64,000 nucleotides of DNA from an uncultured delta proteobacterium (GTDB lineage: Bacteria > Myxococcota_A > Polyangia > Polyangiales > Polyangiaceae): contig CAWDXG010000004.1 of the NCBI GenBank assembly GCA_963806225.1, positions 5,408,001-5,472,000 on the forward strand. The letters run 5' to 3'. The notes beneath the pieces were generated by a model that did no database searches, was not told the origin of the DNA, and was given only the letters and a program-made list of their open reading frames with translations. This document shows, piece after piece, positions 47,250-57,335 of this stretch (positions are counted from its first letter, which is position 1; each line of letters opens with the position of its first letter). Both the position numbers and the translations under genes were made by a program.

Positions 47250-47282
47250 AAGCCGGGGGCTGCTTGCCGGCTTTTTTGTTTC
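47250..47282 (+). terminator. Intrinsic terminator-like hairpin in the 5' leader of the LysM-peptidase gene
   Basis: AAGCCGG-N10-CCGGCTT followed by TTTTGTTT. Confidence 0.45.
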
Positions 47283-47317
47283 CACCGAGGCGCCTCTGGC
47301 GCTAACCCTCGTCCTTC

Positions 47318-48328
47318 ATGCGTTGCCTTGGAGCCCTGCTGGTTCTGGCGCTGTCGCTGCTGTCGCTTCCGGTGCTGGCTGCCGGCGGGCGCCACGCCGA
47401 CAAGCCGCACATCCATGTCGTCTACCGGGGCCAGACACTGGGCACGATCGCCAAGCGGTATCACGTCTCGATCCTGGCGCTGTGCCGGGCCAACGGTCTC
47501 AAGCGGTCTGCGCCGATCAAGCCCAAGCAGAAGCTCGTGATTCCGGGACCGGATGACCCGGACGGTTCCAGAGCCGGGGCGAAGCTGCAGCATCGCCATT
47601 CCGACGCACACGCCGGCCGCAGGGCTTCAATGTCCACCGCTGCCAAGCAGCGTTCCCGCTCGGGGCCGACTTCGTCGGCCTCCTCCCACCGCTACGCACG
47701 ACGGCCGCGCCGCCGCGGCTACCTCATCCTCCACAGCGGGGCGGGAGCCTGGCGCGGCTATGCGGTCCGGCATGGCAAGCTGACCCGATCGGCCGAGCAG
47801 CAGGTTTCCCGCGTGCTGTCATCCTGGCGGACCGGGAAGAAGAACACGATCAACCCGCGGCTGATCCAGATGCTCGCCCGGGTGAGCGACCATTTTGGTG
47901 GGCGACCGATCCGCGTCGTCAGCGGCTTCCGCCCGTATCGCCCCACTCAGTACACGCCTCACTCACGCCACAACCTGGGTCGGGCTGTCGATTTCAGCAT
48001 TCCCGGGGTGCCCAACGAAGTGCTTCGGGACTACTGCCGAACGCTGCCCAGGGTCGGATGCGGCTTCTACCCGAACTCGAGCTTCGTGCACATGGATGTG
48101 CGGCGTATCTCTGCCTACTGGATCGATCTGGCGGGGCCCGGCCAGCCGCCGCGCTACGCCTACGTGGGGGGATCGGAGACGACCGACGCCGACGAAGGAG
48201 CCGCCGACTCGCAGGCGGACGCCGTGTCCAGGACCCGGCACCATGTCGGTCACCGGAGCCCCCGTCGACACCAGCACGGGTCATCGGATACCCGCTCCAG
48301 ATCGCACGAGAAGCCGCACCGTCACTAG
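47318..48328 (+). CDS. LysM + DUF882/YcbK (peptidase M15-type Zn) cell-wall protein
   Basis: Signal peptide; HVVYRGQTLGTIAKRY LysM; VVSGFR, SRHNLGRAVDF and FVHMDVR. Confidence 0.88.
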   Translation: MRCLGALLVLALSLLSLPVLAAGGRHADKPHIHVVYRGQTLGTIAKRYHVSILALCRANGLKRSAPIKPKQKLVIPGPDDPDGSRAGAKLQHRHSDAHAGRRASMSTAAKQRSRSGPTSSASSHRYARRPRRRGYLILHSGAGAWRGYAVRHGKLTRSAEQQVSRVLSSWRTGKKNTINPRLIQMLARVSDHFGGRPIRVVSGFRPYRPTQYTPHSRHNLGRAVDFSIPGVPNEVLRDYCRTLPRVGCGFYPNSSFVHMDVRRISAYWIDLAGPGQPPRYAYVGGSETTDADEGAADSQADAVSRTRHHVGHRSPRRHQHGSSDTRSRSHEKPHRH

Positions 48329-48604
48329 GTCTTCCCGGGGGCTGTTCTTCTCGCTGGTCCTCAGTGGGTTGAATCTGACCCGGACCTCCCCAGTGCGGGC
48401 TCCCCGCACGAACTCCTTGCACGGCGGGGGCAACTCGCGAGGATTGCAGGGCTCGGAGCCGTCCGGGCGTGCGCAGGCGGCCGTCCAGGGTGGGTATGTC
48501 GCGACCTGGCCCCTTCGCTCTGTCTAGAATTTGATAAGTAATTTCATGGTGTTATCGATCCGGAACGGCGCGTGCATTGACTGGGCGCAGGAGGAACGGA
48601 ACCC

Positions 48605-49399
48605 ATGGACAATCTCAGCTTTGCGCCCGCCAAGCTCCCCGACCCAGGCGCTTTCCCCAGCATTCCCCCCGCGCCGGTGCGGCCCGCGCGCCGGAAGGCC
48701 CGCCTTTCGGTGGTCCGGGGCGGCTCCATCGTTCCTGCTCCGCTCCGGCGCGCGCGGGCTCTCCATCCCGCTCGACAGCGGGCGGCTGTCCCGGCGGTTG
48801 TGGAGCAATCCAGAACCGACGAGGCCTACGCGGAGGCGCGCCGGCTGGTTCTGCTCTACGAGCCGCTGGTGCGGCAGATCGCGGGTGGCTTCCAGCGCAG
48901 GCTGCCGCGCAGCGTGCTCCGCGATGACCTCATCGCGGCCGGGATGAGCGGGCTGTGGGACGCCATCCTGAAGCACGGGGACCAGCACGACGAGGGTTTC
49001 GAGTGGTACGTCCGCGTGCGCATCCGTGGAGCGATCCTCGACGAGCTGCGTGCCCAGGACTGGCTCCCGCGCCGGGCGCGCGCGGCTTGCGGCGACGGCG
49101 CGACACTCTCCGTTGTGCGCATCGAGGACGTGAGCACGTTGGACCAGTCTCGTTGTCTGACGGCGGGCGAGAACACCAGCGCCGAAGCTGCTGTCGAGCA
49201 GAAGTTCGTGCGTGCGGCGCTCGAAACCGCCATCGGCAAACTGCCCGAGCGCGAGCGGCACATCGTTTCCAAGCACTACTTCGGGGGAGTGAAGTTCAAG
49301 GATCTCGGTGCCGAGCTCGGCGTGAGCGAGCCCCGCATCTCGCAGCTCCACTCGCGCGCCATGCAGCGACTTCGCGGCCTGATGGCGGAAGCGGCGTAG
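48605..49399 (+). CDS. FliA/WhiG-family sigma factor (region 3 apparently missing)
   Basis: DDLIAAGMSGL, RIRGAILDELRAQDWLPR and region 4 LPERER...LGVSEPRISQLHSRA. Confidence 0.85.
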   Translation: MDNLSFAPAKLPDPGAFPSIPPAPVRPARRKARLSVVRGGSIVPAPLRRARALHPARQRAAVPAVVEQSRTDEAYAEARRLVLLYEPLVRQIAGGFQRRLPRSVLRDDLIAAGMSGLWDAILKHGDQHDEGFEWYVRVRIRGAILDELRAQDWLPRRARAACGDGATLSVVRIEDVSTLDQSRCLTAGENTSAEAAVEQKFVRAALETAIGKLPERERHIVSKHYFGGVKFKDLGAELGVSEPRISQLHSRAMQRLRGLMAEAA

Positions 49400-49477
49400 C
49401 CCTCGATCGCCGTCGGCTCGGCACGTTGCGCGATCGGGGCAGCCGGCACGCTCCGTCCGGCTGGGAGGCACCCGCAA

Positions 49478-52093
49478 CTATTTCTTCTTCTTCTTCTTCG
49501 GCTGAGGTGGGTAGTCGTAGCCGGTGGGTCGAGTCGACGGCTTCGAACCCTTCGGCTTCCAGCGGAAAGCGTGAGGCGTCATCGGGCGGCCGAGCGCGTA
49601 CAGCACCGTGGTCTCGTAGCCGGAAACGGGCGGCGTGTCGCTGCCCGTGCGGTGAACGAATGACGGATGGCGCGAGCCGCGGTCCAGGGACATGACCCGT
49701 CGGCAACCCGTTCTCAGGAGTGCCGTGGCGACGGGGTCGGAGCTGTCGTGTCGCGCGCGGGCGATGATGACGCGGCCGTTCGGGGTTACGCAGAATGCGC
49801 CGCGCATGCGCAGCGCACCGTGGTCGCGTCCGCGCGCGACGAGGCGCCCATCGTCGGCCAGCAGCGGGAGCTGCACCGCTTCCTCGCCCGGCGCGAGCGA
49901 CGGTGTTTCTCCGGGTGCGACGACGCGCGGCGTCTTCCCCGGAGAGATGACGACCGTGGCGTAGCTGCTTCTGAGCGGCATGAGCGTCGTGTTGCCGAAG
50001 GCCAGGCCGTAGCTGGTGGCTTCCGTGGTGTGCCCCATGCCGATGGCTGCAATGACGCGATGAGCGTCGTCGCCGGTCAGCTCGAGATGTTTCGGGCCTG
50101 CGCCGTCGCTGGTCGGCTCCTTTGTGCCGGCGCAAAGCTGCCAATCGACGCGACCCGGCTCGAAGCTCAAGAGCTGGATCGGAAGGGTGCCGATCGGCAG
50201 GCTGCCCTTGAAGACGCCGGGCATCCAGGTCGGAGGCGGCTGTTGGCCGCCGTCGGGCACCCAGCGGATGCCGGAGGGATCCCCGGGCACCGGATCGCGG
50301 ACCATCATGTAGAAGAAGTCCTTCGCCGACCAGCGCACGAACTTGTCGGCCGGGATCTTCATGCCCGGGTCGAGCTTCTTCAGCGTGTACTCGTGGGCGC
50401 GAGGATCGCGCACGTCGGTGAACACGAAGCCGGAATGGGCCGGGTTCATGTCCAGGTGGATGCCGTACGAGCAGCCCGCCTGCCTGAGCGCCTTGCCCAG
50501 CGTGGGCCCGTCGATCGCCTTGCCCCAGGCGTAGTAGAGCTGCCCCGCGGCGGTGACGCAGATGGCCGTGCGTTGCGTCATCACGCTGGTGCCGGCGAGC
50601 TGCCAGCCCCAGATGTAGCGACCGGTGGGGTTGACCTTGCCGTCCTCGACGAGGGGATCGAGGTTCTGCCGGAACGAGACCAGGTTTTCCGGAATCGTCT
50701 CGGTCTGCGGCCAGCTGCCGAGCCCGGTGTCGCCGGTGTCTGTGACGACCACGGTGGCCGCGCCCTTGACCGGTGGCAGGAGCACGCGGTGGTTGACCAT
50801 CATCCCGTACTTGCCGTGTTCCGTTTTGAAGGCGCCGTTGAAGGTCGCCACAACGCGGCTCTCGATGGCCGGATCGCGCGGCAGCCGGCCGTCGCCGGGA
50901 GGGCCGGTCAGCGGTTTGGGATCCTCGAAGCCAGCCTGCATCCCGAGCTCGAGCTGACGCATGTCCATGGCGACAATCTCGACCTCGGAATACGGACGTT
51001 CCGTGTCCGGTCGAATGAAGGTCCGGTAGAAATAGGCTGGAGGATGCGACCCGGGGCTTGTGTGGGGCATCCGCTTGAGCCAGGGGTATTCGACCGCCTT
51101 CCACTGTCCTTCGCCCGGTTTCTGGTTCTTCCACAGCGAAGGGATGGGGTGCGGCGGCCAGGCGCCCGCGGACATCTTCGAAGCGTCGAGCTCGGGTGTC
51201 CTGCCGGCCCCGTCGCGCAGCGCGGAATCCTCCTTCGACGAGAACAGCTGGAACGTCGCCCGCTTGAAGGTGTCCTGGGCGCCGAACACCTTGTTCTCGA
51301 GCCAGGTGATGGGAGCGGGGCCGACTTCGGCCCGCACGGTGTCCACGCCCCACAGGACGAGCGGCTTGGGCGGGTGCACCTCGGGAATGGCTCGCGCGGC
51401 ATAGGGCTGCCCGCCGCCCGCGCCGCGTAGGGTGCGCCGCTCGACGTTGTAGACGAGGTCGCGGCTGCGTTCGCCGAGCCCGATGCGCAACAGCGGCGGG
51501 TCGAGGTCCAGGCGGGCGTGGCGCGCCGGCACATCGAGCACGATGTCGGTCCGCCCCAGCCCGGCCAGGCTGCCGGTCCGTTGGAATTCGGTGACGGCCA
51601 GGAGCAGCCGGTTGATCAAGCCGTGCGGGCGGTTGCCGCTACGGATTCCGCTGAGGTCGAGAGTGGTGATGCCCTGGATGCGGCCGTAGGCCACCGTAGC
51701 GAACACCGCGCGGGTGCCCCGGACCTGCAGCCCCACGTCGTCGCCGATGGGCGTCTGCGTGATGTCGCGGAGCTGCTCCACGCTCACCGGCTGCCCCGCG
51801 AGCGTGACCCTCACCAGCGCGCGGTACAGATCGCGAGGCTCGCCGGCATGCGGCGCCGACAGGAACAGGACCCGGCGGCCGACGAAGGTCTCCGCCAGGA
51901 AGCCGGGGCTCGGCTCCCACGCGATGTCCTTTGGCGAGACCACGCCGCCTGCAGCGTGCCCCAGCATGTGCGCCAGGCCCACCAGCGTGCGCGGCGGCGG
52001 CCGGGCCGTCGACAGACGGATGCCGAGGGCCAGGAGCGCAGCCAGGGCGGCTAGCGCCGCCCGCTGCTTGATGAATGGCCTGAACGACCTCAT
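49478..52093 (-). CDS. Membrane-anchored protein with phosphodiester-glycosidase (NAGPA/DUF2233)-like domains
   Basis: N-terminal TM; ATFNGAFK, RTAICVT..G and GCSYGIHLDMNP; second copy GAFCVTPNG...GCRRVMSLDRG. Confidence 0.55.
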   Translation of the reverse strand: MRSFRPFIKQRAALAALAALLALGIRLSTARPPPRTLVGLAHMLGHAAGGVVSPKDIAWEPSPGFLAETFVGRRVLFLSAPHAGEPRDLYRALVRVTLAGQPVSVEQLRDITQTPIGDDVGLQVRGTRAVFATVAYGRIQGITTLDLSGIRSGNRPHGLINRLLLAVTEFQRTGSLAGLGRTDIVLDVPARHARLDLDPPLLRIGLGERSRDLVYNVERRTLRGAGGGQPYAARAIPEVHPPKPLVLWGVDTVRAEVGPAPITWLENKVFGAQDTFKRATFQLFSSKEDSALRDGAGRTPELDASKMSAGAWPPHPIPSLWKNQKPGEGQWKAVEYPWLKRMPHTSPGSHPPAYFYRTFIRPDTERPYSEVEIVAMDMRQLELGMQAGFEDPKPLTGPPGDGRLPRDPAIESRVVATFNGAFKTEHGKYGMMVNHRVLLPPVKGAATVVVTDTGDTGLGSWPQTETIPENLVSFRQNLDPLVEDGKVNPTGRYIWGWQLAGTSVMTQRTAICVTAAGQLYYAWGKAIDGPTLGKALRQAGCSYGIHLDMNPAHSGFVFTDVRDPRAHEYTLKKLDPGMKIPADKFVRWSAKDFFYMMVRDPVPGDPSGIRWVPDGGQQPPPTWMPGVFKGSLPIGTLPIQLLSFEPGRVDWQLCAGTKEPTSDGAGPKHLELTGDDAHRVIAAIGMGHTTEATSYGLAFGNTTLMPLRSSYATVVISPGKTPRVVAPGETPSLAPGEEAVQLPLLADDGRLVARGRDHGALRMRGAFCVTPNGRVIIARARHDSSDPVATALLRTGCRRVMSLDRGSRHPSFVHRTGSDTPPVSGYETTVLYALGRPMTPHAFRWKPKGSKPSTRPTGYDYPPQPKKKKKK

Positions 52094-52203
52094 GAGGCGG
52101 GGATGCGCCGGGTCTAGCGACCCGGCCGGCTCTGTGCAAGGCGGCCCGGCCCCTGGGGGGCGTGCGCGACGGCCTTGTGACCGGGCTAAGCCACTGATAA
52201 CGC

Positions 52204-53043
52204 ATGGTCCGCGTGCCGAAGAGCAATCTGGCTGTCCGGTTGGTCACCGCGGCGGTGGTCGCCCCCCTGCTGCTGGTCGTCCTGTTCCTGGCTCCCCCCT
52301 GGGCCTGGTACCTGGTCGTGTTCGCCGCCTGTGGCGTGGGCGCACAGGAGCTCTTCGGGATGACCCACCCGGGTGACAAGGTCTCGCAGAGCGCGGGGGT
52401 GCTGGTGACGCTGATGGTGTCGCTCGGCCTCTACTACCGCTCCGGGGACCCGCGGGTGCTGCTCACGATCCTGCTGCTCGTGGCGATCGTGGGCATGCTG
52501 ATGCCGTTGTGGCGCCTGGGCGATATCCCGTCGGCGGGCCTGCGCATGATGGCGGGCGTGGCTGGGCCGCTGTACGTGGGCGGGTTGCTCACGACGATTG
52601 GGCTGATGCGTCGCGACGCCGGTGCGGACGGTCCGTCGTACGTGCTCCTGACCCTGATGATCGCCTGGCTGGGGGACACCGGGGGCTACTTCTTCGGGCG
52701 CTTCCTGGGCAAGACGAAGCTCTATGAAGCCGTCAGCCCGAAGAAGACCCGCGCCGGCTTCGTGGGCTCGCTGATAGGGTCGATGGTGGGCGCGCTACTG
52801 GCGCATTTCTGGTACCTGCCGAGCATTCCGCTGCTGCACGCCCTGCCACTCGCCCTGGTGGCCGGAGCGCTGGGTCAGTTCGGCGATCTGGTGGAATCAC
52901 TGCTCAAGCGCTCCACCGGGATCAAGGACTCGGGGTGGATCATCCCCGGACACGGCGGCATTCTCGACCGTATCGACGCGCTGCTGGTCGCGAGCTCCGT
53001 CGTGTACCTCTATACGCTCTGGATCCGCCCGCCAGCGTCGTGA
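52204..53043 (+). CDS. cdsA: Phosphatidate cytidylyltransferase
   Basis: SPKKT..G and GDLVESLLKR..GIKDSG.IIPGHGGILDRID signature. Confidence 0.93.
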   Translation: MVRVPKSNLAVRLVTAAVVAPLLLVVLFLAPPWAWYLVVFAACGVGAQELFGMTHPGDKVSQSAGVLVTLMVSLGLYYRSGDPRVLLTILLLVAIVGMLMPLWRLGDIPSAGLRMMAGVAGPLYVGGLLTTIGLMRRDAGADGPSYVLLTLMIAWLGDTGGYFFGRFLGKTKLYEAVSPKKTRAGFVGSLIGSMVGALLAHFWYLPSIPLLHALPLALVAGALGQFGDLVESLLKRSTGIKDSGWIIPGHGGILDRIDALLVASSVVYLYTLWIRPPAS

Positions 53044-53211
53044 CGAAGCGATCGTAGTCGTCCGGTAACGCGCCGCGTTGTCGAAAAAATTCGCGCAACC
53101 CATGGAAACGCGCCAGAAACTCTGTCGAAATGGCGTGTGTTTCGGGCAATCGGTCCTTCCTTGAGCCGAACCGATCCAGCCGCGCCGCCAAGAGCAGGAG
53201 AGATCATCCCC

Positions 53212-54591
53212 ATGGACAACGGGCACAATGCGCTCGCCGACGACTTTCCACAATCGGCGCCCTATTCGACGCCGCCGAACGACGATCCGGATCGTGAGGA
53301 AAAGGAGGAGAAGGCCGCTCGCGGTGAAGACAAGCATCGCTACGAGTTCTTCCGCGTCATCCAGCACTATCTGGACGAGGCCGCGCGCATCATCAAGATG
53401 CCGGACTACATCCGGACCATCCTGAGCCAGCCGAAGAACGAGCTGATCGTGCACTTCCCCGTCCGCATGGACGACGGTGAATACCGTCTGTTCAAGGGCT
53501 ACCGCATCCAGCACTCGAACATCCTCGGTCCGTACAAAGGCGGGATGCGCTTCCACGAGAGCGCGTCGCTCGACGACTTCAAGGCGCTCGGAGCGATGAT
53601 GACGTGGAAGTGCTCGCTCATGAACCTGCCCTTCGGCGGCGCCAAGGGGGGCATCAAGTTCAATCCGCGCAACGTGTCGCGCAACGAGCTGCAGCGCATC
53701 ACGCGGCGCTTCTTCCACGCACTCGGTTCGAATATCGGACCGGACTACGACATCCCCGCTCCCGACATGGGCACCAACGCGCAGACCATGGCGTGGGCGA
53801 TGGACACGTACGTGAACACCGTCGGCATGGTGAGCAAGCAGGCGGTGATGGGTGTGGTGACCGGCAAGCCGGTAACCAGCGGCGGGACCTACGGTCGCGA
53901 CAAGGCGACGGGGCAGGGCATCGTGCACTGCATCCACGAGTGGGCCGAACGCACGCGCTTCGACCTGGAGGGCAAGAAGCTCATCGTCCAGGGCTTCGGC
54001 AACGTTGGCTCGCATTGCGCGGTGCTACTCAGCCACTCCGGCGTGTCGCTGGTCGCGGTCGGCGATCACACCGGCTACCTGTACAATCCCGAAGGCTTCA
54101 ACGCGCACCGACTCCAGAAGTACGTGTTGGAGAACGGGTCCATCGAGGGCTATCCCGCGGGCGAGAAGATCACGCGCGAGCAGTTCTTCGAGGTACAGGC
54201 CGACATTTTCGTGCCCGCGGCGCTGGAAAACCAGGTCGGGGTCGATGAAGCCGAGGCGCTGCAGGTGCGGCTCGTCGCCGAAGGCGCCAACGGCCCGTGC
54301 TCGCCGGCGGGCGAAGAGGTGCTGCTCCGGCGCGGCATCGACGTGCTGCCCGATGTGCTCGCGAACGCCGGCGGCGTCACCGTGAGCTACTACGAGTGGG
54401 TGCAGAACCGGCGCAGCGAGCAGTGGGCGCTGGCGGAGGTCGACCAGCGGCTGGAGCAGGCCATGCGTGGCGCCTACCAGCGCATGATGGAGTTCGCCCG
54501 CAGCTATGACTGCACCTATCGCCAGGCCTGCTACGGCGTCGCGCTGCAGCGACTGGTGACAGTGTACGGCGAGCGCGAGATCTTCCCGTGA
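53212..54591 (+). CDS. gdhA: Glu/Leu/Phe/Val dehydrogenase, glutamate dehydrogenase
   Basis: PYKGGMRF, GGAKGG, PAPDMGT, TGKP...GG..GR..ATG, QGFGNVG, EGANGP. Confidence 0.92.
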   Translation: MDNGHNALADDFPQSAPYSTPPNDDPDREEKEEKAARGEDKHRYEFFRVIQHYLDEAARIIKMPDYIRTILSQPKNELIVHFPVRMDDGEYRLFKGYRIQHSNILGPYKGGMRFHESASLDDFKALGAMMTWKCSLMNLPFGGAKGGIKFNPRNVSRNELQRITRRFFHALGSNIGPDYDIPAPDMGTNAQTMAWAMDTYVNTVGMVSKQAVMGVVTGKPVTSGGTYGRDKATGQGIVHCIHEWAERTRFDLEGKKLIVQGFGNVGSHCAVLLSHSGVSLVAVGDHTGYLYNPEGFNAHRLQKYVLENGSIEGYPAGEKITREQFFEVQADIFVPAALENQVGVDEAEALQVRLVAEGANGPCSPAGEEVLLRRGIDVLPDVLANAGGVTVSYYEWVQNRRSEQWALAEVDQRLEQAMRGAYQRMMEFARSYDCTYRQACYGVALQRLVTVYGEREIFP

Positions 54592-54696
54592 ATGGCGCTT
54601 GCGGGGTGCGCGCATGTGCGCCCCGCACGTACGCCGACAGCGCGCGGCCGCGGGCTTCGCATAGGGCGTGCCCGGGCGGGGACGACCCGCTAGTCT

Positions 54697-55656
54697 ATGG
54701 GCACCGAGATGCTGCGCGCAGTGCCACCGCCGGACTTCCGCTACGTCGGGCTCCAGCCCTGTCCGACGGGACGCAGCCTCGCGCTCTTCGCAGCTGGTGC
54801 CGGCATTGGAACGTTCGGCGTCGGATTGGCGCTTGCCGGAGCCGAGCTCGGCACACTGGCGCTAGCCGGCGCAGCCGGAGCATGCACCGCGATGCTGGTC
54901 GGCCGCGGGCGCGGCCCGCTCTCGAGGGGGCTCGGGCTGCGGCAGGTCGCGATGGCCATCGTACCCTGGGGCGTGCGCGTCGACAGCGAGCTCGGCCTGC
55001 GCCTGCTGCGCTGGGCGGCGGTCCGCTCGGTGAACGTCGACTTCGTCCACGAGATGGACCATGCGACGCCGTCGACGCGCTGGAGCCTGGTGACGATCGA
55101 GACCGACCAGGAGCTGCTCGGCGGCCGAGCAGCCGGTGGCGTCTCGCTCGAGTGCCTGGAAGCACACGTGCGGAGCTATGCCGACGAAGCGGCGCGACCA
55201 GTGGCGCTCGATCTGGACGGCCAACGGCCGCTCGAGCCCGGCTTCGAGCCCGCGTTCGAGCAGCTCTTGTGCGAAGCCCGTCGGATGCTTCACGCCGGCG
55301 ACCTGGGCGAGCGACTCCAGCTGCCGCCGGGCAGCTACCGCGAGGCGGGGTCGAGGCGGTCCACAGCGCGGGCTTGCGAGCTGTTGCGTCTCGCGCTGGT
55401 CGATTGCCGCGCTGCCGCGGCCGATCCACGTCCCCTGGCCGCCGTGTTGGCGGCGGAGCTCGGCGAGACGCGCCTGCTCGAGACGCTCTGCTCGCTGTCC
55501 GCCTGTCCGCACCCGCTGGTGGCGGCGGTCTGTCGGGCGGCGGCGCTGCGTCTCGGTGCCGACGTCAAGCGGATCGGCGCCGTGGAGGAGGTGTGCGACT
55601 TCGTAGCGGACGCCGATCTCCGGGAGCTCGGCGCCTGGGCGCGCGGCTCTGCCTAG
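54697..55656 (+). CDS. Hypothetical membrane protein
   Basis: Two N-terminal TM helices plus a helical C-terminus; fills the gap between gdhA and the barrel gene. Confidence 0.6.
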   Translation: MGTEMLRAVPPPDFRYVGLQPCPTGRSLALFAAGAGIGTFGVGLALAGAELGTLALAGAAGACTAMLVGRGRGPLSRGLGLRQVAMAIVPWGVRVDSELGLRLLRWAAVRSVNVDFVHEMDHATPSTRWSLVTIETDQELLGGRAAGGVSLECLEAHVRSYADEAARPVALDLDGQRPLEPGFEPAFEQLLCEARRMLHAGDLGERLQLPPGSYREAGSRRSTARACELLRLALVDCRAAAADPRPLAAVLAAELGETRLLETLCSLSACPHPLVAAVCRAAALRLGADVKRIGAVEEVCDFVADADLRELGAWARGSA

Positions 55657-55814
55657 GCGTCGCCTCCGCGGATTCCGTGCTGCGTTCCCGCCCGCCGTTG
55701 ACAGCGCGAAGCGGGCTCGACGATGCTCCGCTCTGCCGGCGCGCCGGATGGCAGCTTGTGCGACGGCGATCTGGAGCCCGATTTGGGAATCCCTCCTTTC
55801 GGCCGGTGCGTAGG

Positions 55815-57335
55815 ATGGTGACGCGCAGAGTCTGCTGCTCGACGGTTCTGGTCGTCGCGCTGGCGGCGTCGTGGCCGGCGACAGCCCGCGCCTACGAGGC
55901 CGACGTCGACTCGTCGTTTGCAGGTCAGTGGTACACGCTGTCGAGCCCGTACGGGGAGCCCCTGCTCCGGCGTCGCCGCTACACGCAGATGCTCGGGCTG
56001 ACGCTGTACGACCTCCAGGGCGATTTCGTCCCGGGCGGACCGCAGCTGTCGTTCAAGTCACGCATGCGAATCGACGCCGATTTCGGCCAGTCGAGCGACG
56101 AACGCAATCCGGGCGACGACGGGCGCTACATACCCGGACTGCGGCAGGCGCCGCTCGACCTGATGTACGCCTACCTCGAGGGGCGTCACTACTTCGGGGG
56201 ATGGTTCGGATTCCGGCTGGGGCGGCAGTACGTCACCGACATGCTCGGCTGGTGGTCCTTCGACGGGGGGATGGTGCGCCTGACGACGCCGGCCTTTTTC
56301 CAGGTGGAAGCCTACGGAGGGTTCGAGCAACGTGGTGGCCTGCACATGCTTTCCACCTCGCGCTTCGAAGGCGACGGCGTCTATCGCGGTGACCGTAGTG
56401 CCCTGGAAACCAACCAGTGGCCCAGCTACCTTTCCGAGTCGAAGCTCGCACCCGCTTACGGCGTCGCCGTGGAGAGCAGCGGCGTGCAGTGGCTGCACGG
56501 TAGGCTGAGCTACCGCAAGGTCATGAATCGCGACACGGTGGTCATCTCGCCGTTCCCGGACGCGCAGAATCGCTACACTGTCGTGGGAGGCAACCGCGTC
56601 TCGAGCGAAAAGCTCGGCTACTCGGCGCGGCTCGAGGCATCGAGGCTGGGTTCGATTGGCGGGAACTTCGTCTACGACCTGTACAACCAGGCGTTCAGCC
56701 AGTACCAGGGCTCGCTCGACTGGTACGCAACGCCCCGCATCGAGGTCGGGGCCAACTACGACTACTACCTGCCGACCTTCGACGGCGACTCGATCTTCAA
56801 CTGGTTTGCGCACAGCGGCATGCAGCGTGCGATCGCCCGGGCCAGCTGGCGCATCGTGCGCCCGCTTGTCGTGTCCGCGTCCGGCGGCGTGCAGCTGTAT
56901 TCGACCGATGGCAATCCGGACCGCTACGCGACCGCTGCCGCCGATCCGGGCGCCACGCCGGTCCAGACCGGCAACGCATTGCTGCTCGATACCATCGCGC
57001 GGGTGGGCGGCAGCTACCGCTGGTCCGACGGCAGCTTGGCCCTGGCGAGCCTGCTCCAGACCGGCCAGACGGGTCATCAGGCGGGTGCGGACATCACCGC
57101 GAAGAAGCGCTTTGTCGGCGGCTTCTACGACACGCTCGTCCTCGTGTCGCTGTACGACTGGCGCGATGCGCTCCGCCCGGGCCGGGATGCAACGAGCTTC
57201 ACCTACGTGCTTGGAGGCGGGATCTCGCCGCTCCGGCGCATGCGCCTCGGTATCGAGTGGGAGCACAGCATGAACCGACTGGTGGGGCAGCGCTTCCGGG
57301 CGCTCGCAACGCTGGACGTGGCGGTGTCCCGATGA
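55815..57335 (+). CDS. Putative outer-membrane beta-barrel (porin-like) protein
   Basis: Signal peptide (ATARA-YE); Tyr/Gly-rich amphipathic strands, FRLGRQ and SFDGG; terminal strand FRALATLDVAVSR. Confidence 0.7.
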   Translation: MVTRRVCCSTVLVVALAASWPATARAYEADVDSSFAGQWYTLSSPYGEPLLRRRRYTQMLGLTLYDLQGDFVPGGPQLSFKSRMRIDADFGQSSDERNPGDDGRYIPGLRQAPLDLMYAYLEGRHYFGGWFGFRLGRQYVTDMLGWWSFDGGMVRLTTPAFFQVEAYGGFEQRGGLHMLSTSRFEGDGVYRGDRSALETNQWPSYLSESKLAPAYGVAVESSGVQWLHGRLSYRKVMNRDTVVISPFPDAQNRYTVVGGNRVSSEKLGYSARLEASRLGSIGGNFVYDLYNQAFSQYQGSLDWYATPRIEVGANYDYYLPTFDGDSIFNWFAHSGMQRAIARASWRIVRPLVVSASGGVQLYSTDGNPDRYATAAADPGATPVQTGNALLLDTIARVGGSYRWSDGSLALASLLQTGQTGHQAGADITAKKRFVGGFYDTLVLVSLYDWRDALRPGRDATSFTYVLGGGISPLRRMRLGIEWEHSMNRLVGQRFRALATLDVAVSR

